Part shown: positions 29,401 to 40,900 of the stretch, in pieces
How positions within the stretch are numbered: position 1 is the stretch's first letter
Layout: each line of letters opens with the position of its first letter
Source of the DNA: Antedon mediterranea
Taxonomy: Eukaryota; Animalia; Echinodermata
Reading direction: 5' to 3'
Length of the DNA stretch: 64,000 nt
Assembly: GCF_964355755.1 (NCBI RefSeq)
Contig: NC_092680.1
Coordinates: forward strand, 3,720,001 to 3,784,000
The notes under the pieces: generated by a model
Database searches by the model: none
Told to the model about the DNA's origin: nothing
What the model saw: only the letters and a program-made list of their open reading frames with translations
Made by a program: the position numbers and the translations under genes

Positions 29401-31902
29401 AGCTCTTAACTCTTTCAACTCCAAATCCTCAAATGAGACTTAGTTTATAAGCATGACAAATTATAAAATAGTTTATCCATCCTATAATTGGCGAGTTACT
29501 CGATGTTGGATGCGTATGAAATAAAACAAATTTAAAATGGGAGAGCCATAATCCTACAAACAATTAATATTTATTAAATTTAAAACCGGCTTACATCTAC
29601 ATATATAATTTACCTATTATGTTCAACATAATGGATTAACATAATTAAAATTACATTATATTTAACAACATACAACATTCAATATACTTTTGTATTAACA
29701 AATGAAAATCAAGCAATGAGACTCTTATATTCAAATGTTACTTTTTTAGTTTTAAGCCGTTTAAGCGACATCAAATACAATAATAGTGGCGTTAAAGAAC
29801 TATTAAAATCAACCATAAGGGCCAATTTACAGAGACAAGCGGTAACGGTACGCAGAAAACCACGTTGCTTGTACCATGTAGAATATTATCTATCCTGAGC
29901 GGAAACCTCCTGTCCACTCTGTGTTGTATGTAAATGGATGGCCATACAGAGTAACATAGATTCTATATTTATATTACCGTTCGTCTGTGTAAACTTACCT
30001 TAAAGATGCAAATATAACAAAAGATTAACAAAGACTGTTAAGAATTTTAGGGGTTAGGGTTAAATTTGTTAGAAATTTAAAAAAAGAAGACCCTTGACAA
30101 TCACAATATCTGATCTGTACTAGGCAACAAAATGTTAAAATGAAATTGTTTATATCAAATATTAAAATGAAACAAATGTAAAGGAACTCTTCTCATTAAA
30201 AAAGAAATAAAAAGAATTCCCATCAATATTTTTATTAATTACAAATTATTTTATACAATTACATAATTTTATATTGCCCTATTAATTAATTTTTTTTAGT
30301 AAAAACACTCAAATTTGAATATTAATCCATAAATGTAAAATAACAATATTTCTATTGTGATAGCATTGCAGTTCATAGGTTAATATAACAGAACACTCAC
30401 TCAAGCGGAACACTTTCCCGAGAAATTAATAAAGAGACTCCCTAAGGATAGTGTTAAACTCTGTCTACACTATCAATCTAGTTTGACAACAAATTTGTGA
30501 CCAAATATGGTAGCAATATGCCCAAATATGGTAGCAATATGCCCAAATATGGTAGTGATATGACATCATGTCCTTATATAGGCATATCACATTTTGTTGT
30601 CACATAGTTTGATAGTGTAGACAAGGCTTAAAAGTAATGTATGTTTTAACACTACAGTCCTATTATAAAGTACAACTTTGTTTGTCCCCTGAATGTGTCC
30701 CCTTAATAGGGGTTCAACTGTACAACTGATTAACATTTGTTTTTAATAATAATATAAACCACCTCTACAAACTTATATAAAAATATTTGTACCTGTATAA
30801 ATACATAATATGATATTCATAAAGTGTTATGACATTGTTCTGTTATGATACACCTAAAACTCTAAAATCTACACTATCAGACTTTATGTGACAAAAAAAT
30901 GTGATGTGCCAATATATGGACAAGATGATGTCATATTACTATCAAATCACACGTTTTTTTTGTCAAACTAGTTTGATAGTGTAGACAGAGCTTTAGTTTA
31001 GTCTTGGCATCACCTTCCAAAACTAGAATTAATTACTTTAAAATTTAGTATTCTGTAAAAGTTATCGTAAAATTGGCAACTCCAGACTACTTTAAATGCA
31101 TTTTAAAACGACATGACTACATATGATAACAAGGAGGTGATAGAGTAATGCCATCTTATTATGCTTACAAACCAGAGAGCTTCCACAAATATATTAATAT
31201 CAGAATTTAGTGTGGTCATGTTGATAAGCTATCACATCTAATGTTGGTTTGTAATGCTCTGTTCCATCTTGCTCTGTAATTGAACATTTCTTACTACCAA
31301 TATCATGGGACGTATTTGGACACTCAAACCATAGTCCTCTGGGTATGTAGAAATACACCATTGCCACCACTATAGTTATAATAAGCACCCACCACAAATA
31401 GTATATTATTTTTGTTTCGGTCAATAAAATACATAGCCTATGAAAATACGAGAACATTATTGGTCGAAATATTATATTATTAAGGCCAAGGGATCATCAA
31501 ATATTGATTGGTTGAATTTCTATGGTCATTTTTCGCTGAGTTAAGCAATGGTAGTTAGTTAGGCCCTGCCTGCAGAATAAAAATGTTGGCTATTTAATAT
31601 AACAGATAGTGCCTTTCGGTGTTATTTGATGTTATTTTGATATCAAAAGCAATTATATTTTTCTTGAGGGAAGAATAACTTCTTGTGAAGACATTTCATA
31701 TCATTCACATATCTGTATATTATTTTTACCTTAATAACCTTTGACCTTTGATAGTGGCAGGTCGCAATTTCAGATTCTCAACTAAGCATTGCATTTTTTC
31801 ATACCTGTTTGCTCAACAACTACGAAAAAGATCATCAAAAATATCTGTAAAATCCATGTCGGAGGACGGAGCCTGCATAGCCTCTGTCCCCCAGGTTCTT
31901 TG

Positions 31903-34900
31903 TCAATCGAGAGAAATGATGTCTTGGTTGAAGAGACTACTACTCGAAGAAGAACGTCCATGATCTGGCATTGGAGGATTCTGATATATGTTTGAATGCT
32001 ACGGAAATAAAAACATTAAAACATAGCTTAAGCAAAAAGTAATAGGGTCGTAGCCAGCATGAGACAGAGCTCACCTCATCTGCAATTTTTATATTTTATA
32101 TTAATACTATTTAAAGCATCTTTGCCTCGTCTGTTTTTAAACTTTCTCTATGGCCTTGAATGGCGATAGTATCGGTTTTTAGGTTTAGGAGGAGATATAA
32201 CACATTTTAGGTTAAGTGTATGTACTGAAAATGAAATGTACTCACTGTATACAGCATTGACATAAGATCTATATCTGTAAAAAAAGTAATAACAAAATTA
32301 TATTTTGAAAATATTTGGAGTCGTTCTATGGATGGGTGTTCCTCTGTTCTTTAACAAGAGAACCAAATAATTTATTATCAAAGTCCAAGTGTTTGGTAAA
32401 AATTAAAAAAACTGAAATATCAACATACTTGGATAGTCAGGCATGTGCGTCATTGGTAGCGGTGGAATATTCATATATTCGTTATAGCTTGGAAGGTGAA
32501 GGTGCGGGCTCGAACTTTGCGTATTTAACGAGATACTTGAAGTATTGGACCCAAAAGGTGGCATCGGTGTCGGTATGATTTCAGGACTTCTGTAAAAAAA
32601 AAAATTAAATTAAAAAAGTTATTCATTTATATTCATTAAAAAATAGCATAATTAATTTACGATTCAATTTAAGTTTTAAATACATTGAAAGAGATTTCAG
32701 GATTCTGTAAAAAAAAATATTTTAAATTAAAAGTAATTTATTTATATTAATTAAAAAAAATATTGTGTTATATAGCGTAATTAATTTACAATTCAATTTA
32801 GTTTATCTAAATTGAAAATATTTCTTAAAAAAAATAAAAAAGAGAAGGAAAAAAATTGGAATCAAGAGGATTTGAACCTGGTACCTTCAGACTGGAAGGC
32901 AACGATGTTAACCGTGAGCTAAAATGCCATACAACTCATCCCTATATCATAGTAGTACTATTATTAGTAACAACTTAAAAATATTTCAAACAAATAGTTC
33001 CCTAGAGCATTGTTTTGTAAATACTGAATTACAATGTAATAATTGTTTAAAATTACCTATTTAGCAAGCATTCATATTCTTTTTATATTATATCAAAATA
33101 ATTCCATGGGGTCCATGCAACTATTAAAGCACAGATATAGCTAAGAATGTGCTTTTAATTTGTGAACTATATGATGGTTGCTTGTTGAAGGACTTTATCC
33201 GGCCACAAGTCACAAGTAACATTTTATAATTTACTTAATTAATTTGTTTAATGATGGAGATGGCACTAACATTTTAACAAATTATTCATGGAAACATTTG
33301 GAATTGAATGTCATAATAAAAGCCTGGTTCCCACAACTTTCCTTTCTTTTTGGGTATAATTTTGTGATTTCAAATTCAGATAACACTCAGGAAAACTATA
33401 TCAACATTTATTTTGTGATTATTTCTACTTTTCTCTCGCACATAAAATTACATAAGTAATTGATGGAATAAATTGTGAATTATTGAGTCAAATAATCTAT
33501 GATTGACGATGACTGATTGCAAATAAGAAGCCAAAATAAAGCAATGTTTAAGAGTTTTTTTGCCTTAATACACTATTTAATATGAAAACAAATAAAAAAC
33601 ATGCTGTGCAGATTAACAGTAACAATATTAGTGAGTTGGATCCACATTTTAAAATATAAAAAAATCATTTTAAAGAAGAGTCCTAAATTAAGACTTTCTG
33701 CAACCAAACACTAACAACACCTAAATACTTAAAAGGGCATTCAGTCTAAAGCCTGTCTACACTATTAAACTTGAAGTGCCCATATATAGACATGATGGTG
33801 TATATCCATGGAGTAAAGAATAAGAGGAGGCACAACTCGGCCTAGCTATCCAGTTAATCCAATTAGTATCACGCTGTGCGGTAGTGCTTAAGCATAGGGT
33901 AATAAACTTCCCATAACGATCCTTTGAAGAACATCCTGTTTACCCGTGCAGCTCGCTGCAGAGTCGGCTCTGATTACGTAACACCCTAATTAAGGAAGAA
34001 GCCAGGCATGACATCGGTGACAAAAAAAGTAAACAGAGGCTGCGCAGTAGTTTCTAATACATCATAGTGAAGCATGACCTTTGTGCAGTTGTTCATTGTT
34101 CTTTGAGCTTTTTTCTCGAAAAAACCGTTTAAAAATCGAGTAAATTTTCACGGAGATATCGCAGTTTTTATACCAGCTAACAAATTAATCATATTTTTTA
34201 TCAAGCCATAGACGTATCATTTGGTAAATCGAAATTTTACCGTTTAAGCAACTTTTTAATTTACGAACCCTAGTGCATTTTGTAGCATATTAAAGACTTC
34301 AACTTATTTTAAAATCACATTTTAGTGCGCGCAAATGCGCGCATGAAAAAAATTATATAATTTGTTCTCATGAATATTCAAAAATATACGTATAGTAGAA
34401 TTCCAACGACACAATTTCTTATTTTTATTACTGTATATGACATTTAATTTATGTTTCAGTCTATATTATGACTGTTTAGCAAAACTAACATTCTTCTATT
34501 TTAGTCTCATATTGTATAATTAAATTATTTATGATATTAATATCATAAAATATATGATTTTTACGATCACATACTTAGAGTTCAGTGAACTTGTAGGACT
34601 TAAATTATATATCGTTTAACGATTTGTGGCTACACATAGGCCTAGTAGTTCGTAATATATTATTATTTAATAAATAGCCTAAATAAGGATAATATTTAAT
34701 CCCATAATGATGGACATATTCAGTGCATACCGTAACCGGTAGGCCTAATAGGTTCAGGCATAGGCGCGCCTATAGTAACAATAAACAATATCAATAATAA
34801 TAATAGGTTTTTTTTTATGTAGGTCTATATTAATATATTAATAATTGTAATAACGTTAGAAAACAAATAGTAGTAATATTTTATTAAAGAAGAAATTAAT

Positions 34901-37900
34901 CAATTAGTTTTAGTTTTCGGTTGGTCGTTATTATAATATTATATAATATGGTATAAAATGGTACGGTACTACGAGAATATTCGTTTAGTATCAACCCGTA
35001 ACAACAACTACAAATGATATGTGTTGGTTAAAAATTCAATTACAAATATAGTCTATGCTCTTTTGTAATTATAAGCCATTGTTTAAAAGGATTATGTACA
35101 GTTCGGTACATAGCGGTTAATCGTAAAATTAAAAAATCGGACATACAAACAATAGATCGCCAACATTATTCGTACCCTTTTGCTGTATTGCGTACGTCGA
35201 TCACGACTGATGCGGCTGTAAACTTCGCCTGGAAAGTAACTAGTACAGTACACATTCTGGTCCCTGGATGGAACATGATATCACACGTAAACCGCAATGG
35301 AGCAGGTCCAATGTTAAACAATTCGTACAAAGGGGAACCGCCAGACAAGTGCGTACCTATTCATTGTTTATTAGATCGCTGGCAATAATGCATGCAAAGT
35401 GCAATAGCTCTCCGCTCCACCAAGCAACGTACAGTACTAAAAAAAATGGAACGTCGCGGTTTTTCTAGGCGCTGAAGTTATACGAAGTGAACGCGAATGA
35501 TTTTTACTGTATATTATATTCCCCGACGAAAAGTACTCGCGTTTCCCAGACGGGGAAGAGGGGGGGGGGGGGAGACGACGAGGGGATACAGCCCCCGTAA
35601 CCCCCCGCTGGCACCACCACTGGTCCTTATTAAACCCATTTATTCATCATGATTCATGATAAGTTGTCTGGAGAAATTACCAACATTTAGTACACAGTAA
35701 ACCATATAAATATAATTCCTTTATTGGTGCCGTATAAAACTCGTATTATTAATTTATTAATAAAAGATATCCAGTAGAATATATATATAGCGCTGCTTTT
35801 TAATAAAAATTAATAAACAAGGTCGGAATACAAGTTCAGTGGGACAGCCAGTCGACAAATCGTGTCAAATTTCGACTCGGAGAGGGCGCCCTACTTTTCT
35901 AATTTAGTTCAAAATTGCTAAATTTTAGGGTGTTGGAAAAACACAATATTTGTAAATTTAGCTGATTATCGGAAAAATATTGTTAGTGAAATAAATTCAT
36001 AAATGGTTTTAATATATTGTCATGTAAAATTAAATGTATTTGAACAAAACGATAATCTGTAATTTAACGGCAAAATCAACCAATGTCTTTTTTCCGAAAT
36101 TGTACCCTAGAAAATCGTTAAAATAAAATATTTAGAAAAATTGAACAGTCCTGAATTTAAAATCCCTGTTAGAAAAATTAATAATCTACAGAATACGATA
36201 TTAAGATACAAAATTCGGTGGTTGGGATGCAGCTCCGACTATTCAAACTAAAGGTACCACTATTTGTTCCATCGAAAACTAGCGAAACCGCCATTTTGTA
36301 AACACATCGTCATCGTGTTTATGAATTTATTTATAGCGAACGATATACGCGATGTTTATAATTGTCCGCGTATAAGAATTCATATAAATAAATACATTCC
36401 AATACAACGTATATTATTACTTGTTTATTTATCACAGTATACATTTTAGTTGAGGAATATTTATCATAACTATTATAATAGCTTTTATACGAGTCCGAGG
36501 CCTAGCCCTATTAGCGAGCGATTGTTCCAGGGGCGGAAAGTCACTTAGTGACGTTGTGATCGAGCGCGTCGGGCCTAGCTAATATTAATAATATGACCTG
36601 AAATAAGCGGCTAACAAGAACTGTTATATACTTGCTTACAATTGTTTTGTTATTGATGAACAAACAAGCAATTAGATTGAATAACAAATTATTTATTCAT
36701 TTTTTTTGGGTAAAAACATGTACAAACTAGTACTGTATAATATAAATTAATAGTAATATTAAAATACAGTATTAATAAAATATAAAATAGGCCTAACATA
36801 CAATAAATATTCAATTTTTAAGGTCTACCACATGACAATAACATAATTTACAGAGTATAGTGTAGTAGGTTTGCATTCAACATAAATATTTGTATTGTAA
36901 TTCATCTAAATCCTCTGCAACATACATATATTTGTAATTCAACATTTTGTTTTAAATAATTAAATTATAGTTTGGGTATGACAATGTCGGTAGGTACCGG
37001 TGTCATCTTTTTATCCACTTCACTCTCAGTTTGAAGTCACAAAGACAAAGAACTCTGCATCATCAACGATTCCTGAAAATAAATATTTAAAAAAAAATGT
37101 TAATGTCAAATGGAAGCTGTATTTTATTAATTAATTATTACAGTATTTGCTATTATTATTTATATAATCTAGGCCTACTAGTAACCTAGCTAGGCATCTA
37201 TATTGAGCCTAATAAATCAAATAATAAATGAAAAATTAAATAATAATATTAATACTGATTGAAAAAAAGTATTTTTTTGGGGGGATCAGATCACCAGGCT
37301 AGGCCGGCCAGGACCAATGATACTCGTAATCAGTACAACTTAACGACTATCGGATCAGCATCAACACAGTACAACACACGTCTCGCTATCGCCTATACTG
37401 ACACACGTGTCTCGCGTTGCCGAAACCACGCTCACAGCTAGAAAATGTACCTACCTTTCGAGGCCTGAGAATACACCAACAAATTTTGAACAGGATAGAA
37501 ATATATCATACTCGATTAAACTAATATTATTCTTGATAAAACAATTGATTATAATCTTTTTAATTTGTTGGGATGCACCTCCGACTATTCAGAAAATGGA
37601 CAACAAAACAGTAGTCAAATCGTACCACATTTATAAATTTCACGAGTCCCGACTTCAGTCGCCGAATGTATTGTATTAGCTTCGGTTTCTTTGAAGGAAA
37701 CCGATTGGTTATTCAATTATACTTATTAGGAAATGATTTTACCATAATAGGTAATGTTGGGCGGTTCTTAAATATTCATGAGAGCTTAAAATAAAACAGC
37801 ACTTATTTGCTAGGCGACGAAAAATCGTGGTTTCAGTTTTCAACGATAGGTGGCGCTTCAAAATCGTCAATGCGGAAGTAAGTCGATTTTACACGATTTA

Positions 37901-40900
37901 ACGGTCAAAACGCGAAGTGGCTTTCCCACTGCAAGTTCAGTAGGTCTACAAACAGTATATAGTACACCTTTCACGCTTGAACGCACATCGCCTAGCAAGA
38001 GTATTGTGACGTCCTAATACGCATGTGTACTAACACCAAAATTGACCGCGGGCAGTAAACATTGTACTCTTTGCTAATTGGGTTACGTAACGGCAGTGTT
38101 TAGCACCTCCTTAAATACTCATTACAAGCATAGCCTTAAGCAAGCGGTAAACACGATGAACTATTCAAGTTGTGTCTCCTCTTATTCTTTACTCCATGGT
38201 ATATCACTACCATATTTGGGCACATCACACTTTTTGACAAGCTAGTTTGATAGTTTAGACAGAGCTTAAGGTTGGAGTCCAATGGTGATGTCCCCTCAAG
38301 TGTGGAAGCTGCCTGGGGTGGAGGCTGCCTGGGGTGGAGGCTGCCTGGGGTGGAGGCTGCCTGGGGTGGCCCAAAGGTGGAGTTAGTCTACCTGTCCAAG
38401 GGTCATTAATATTGGAAAAGATGACACATGTAAAAATAACATTTTATACACTTACAACCCAAAGAAATTAAAAGTTAAGACAATATAATATGAAATTTGT
38501 TGTCATGTATGTCATATCCTGTCATATCTACAAATGTAAATTAATATACTCATTTTAAAATCTATGCTTTCTTGTAACATAAATGAATACAGCAGAACCA
38601 ATGTTATGGGGACACCTTAAAGACCCAACAAATAAATTGGTTTAGTGTTGTTAAAACATTATTGCCCCTAATTTGTTTCACAGGAAAGTGTCCCCTTACT
38701 ATAGGAGTGTCCCTTCAAGTGTTCTCTTGATATGAGTAATCCCTTAAATGTGAGTGTCCTCTTACTAGGGTTCCCTCTTAATAAGGATATTCCCAAATAG
38801 GTCTTCTAATGTATTTAGAATAAAATAATATTTGAGTAGTAAACAAATACAATTTTGAAATTATTAATTTATAGCGACATGCAAATGATACAATCATGGA
38901 TGCAACAAGCATGAAGAACCAAGAAACAAAAGGCAAATTATAAGTTGTTTCAAGCGCAATTACAATGCAATGACCACAGTAGAACCTCTATAAAGGGGAC
39001 AATTTTTGGAAAACACAATAAAGTGCTCTTTAATTGGGTGTCATTGAATTGGGTTTGCAGTAGTATTAAAACATTTCCACAAAATGATTACACAGGCTGC
39101 CTAATATTGGTGTGCGCTTAATATTGGCGTGCGCTTAATATATGTGTCCGCATAATATTGGTGTCCGCTTAATATAGGTGTCCGCTTAATATAGGTGTCC
39201 GCATAATATAGGTGTCCGCTTAATATAGGTGTCTGCATAATATAGGTGTCCTCTGAATAAGAGTTCTACTGTATTATAGATTATATTGCAAATATTGAAA
39301 TGGTCTTTAAAAAATTATTCTGTGATTTATCTATTAAGCAGTACACATTTAAATTGTGTATGTCAATATCATGCATTAGTATAGAACTGAAAAATAATAT
39401 AATTATTAATAAATATATTTCCCTAATTGACACATAATGAATGAAATGAGGTGGGGGAATCCCCTTCAAGTTACTGTACTCATTTTGTAAATAACATTTA
39501 AGGTTGTAACTTGTACAGAGCAGTGGGAAACCCCCTTTACAATCGTATAATTTAAAGTATATGACAATGTATAAATCTTTTTATAAATATTTTCTTCCCT
39601 CTATTTTACATTCACAAACAGAAATGTTTTTGACATCTTCAACACTATTCTACAATTTTGTAACAAATAAATGAATATACATATATAAATATGTTTTATA
39701 ATAAACATTAACACAAACGTTTTTTACAAAACATTTCTTTAAAATAGCTTTCCAATATATTGTTAAGAAGGATAATTATAATGTGGGTAGCATGGGTAGT
39801 TGTTACCATTAGGATACCAATGGTATCTTTGTACCATGGGTGGAGGGGTTACGTTGTAATACTGCTGTTGTGGGTGGTTGGCATTATATTGCGGTTGCAT
39901 GTAGTAATTGTTAGGATAGCTTGGACCATCATAGTATTCTGTGCGCTGTCGTTTGGCACATGATTCTGTCATATGTGACCCAATGTTATTGGTTCTTACG
40001 AGTGGTTTTATAGCTGCTGTGTTAGATAACTTAGTACTTTCAGTTTCCTGTGTTTTATCAACAAGTACTATGTTGTTATTTTTACTTTTTTCTGTGTAAC
40101 TCTTTTCTGTGTAACTCTTTTCTGTGTAACTCTTTTCTCTGTTATTCTTTTCTCTGTTATTCTTTTCTGTGTTACTTTTTTCTGTGTTGCTTTTTTCTGT
40201 GTTGCTTTTTTCTGTGCAACTCTTTTCTGTGTAACTCTTTTCTGTGTTATTCTTTTCTGTGTTACAATTTTCTGTATTATTGTTCACAGGATTTGGTTTC
40301 ACTGGTGTATTATTTGTATGTTCTGTTGTCTTTTTTAAATGTGTGCTTTGTTCTGTATCTGTGTTCTCTGTATCACTTTTACAGGGCGATACGGAGCGGG
40401 ATTTTCTTTTACGTGTTTGATCAGCTGGGGATAAAGATGAGGTTAAAATTCTTTCAAAATCTTCAAAGTCCATGTCAGGTGTTAGTGGATCAGATGGTGG
40501 AGGTACTGAATCATCAACAATAGTGTAATCTGAATCAGAGTTCTTATCACTAGCTTGTTCTGGTGAGGTAGGATTGGAAGAGCTTGTTAAGCTTATAACT
40601 ACTGGTGAAACGCACCCTTTGTTAGATGAAAAGTCCAGTTTTGTAGGCTCTACAGGTATAGCGCTGTCTTCGTCATCGTCTGATTCCTCATCTGAGCTTA
40701 TTGTTAGGTCAACATACTCCACCTCTGTCTTACTAAAAGGTTTGAAAGAATTTGCTGAAAAGACAAATTATAAATAAATAAATTATCCATATCACTATAA
40801 GCATTTTTGTTAAGTATCAATATAAGAGGGGAGGTGGGGGAGGGGGAGTAGTAGTAAAATAGGGGAGACCCATTTGGCAAGCATGATTTATTATTACTAA

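Larger units (their letters stand above)
33807..38198. mobile_element. Non-autonomous P-superfamily transposon (4.4 kb) inserted into a MITE A copy
   Basis: TIR CATGGAGTAAAGAATAAGAGGAG(G/A)CACAACT (31 bp, 1 mismatch); 7-bp TSD GTATATC at 33800-33806 and 38199-38205; the flanks rejoin into one MITE. Confidence 0.9.

Noticed and set aside
30046-30063. Interstitial telomeric repeat
   Set aside because: Only about two TTAGGG units; compatible with chance.
31861-31905. Selenocysteine decoding of the PIAS TGA
   Set aside because: TGA falls at the family's conserved C-terminus and no SECIS with an AUGA/GA core was seen; ordinary leaky readthrough is more plausible.
35166-35468. Short ORFs inside the P-like element as THAP domain or cargo gene
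   Set aside because: No C2CH THAP signature or recognisable domain.
38285-38392. Extra PIAS exon in a GC-rich patch
   Set aside because: The candidate acceptor gives an immediate stop in the required phase; the GC content is explained by a 16-bp repeat.
40050-40523. 157-aa Cys/Phe-rich ORF on the + strand
   Set aside because: Antisense shadow of the PIAS pentapeptide repeat.
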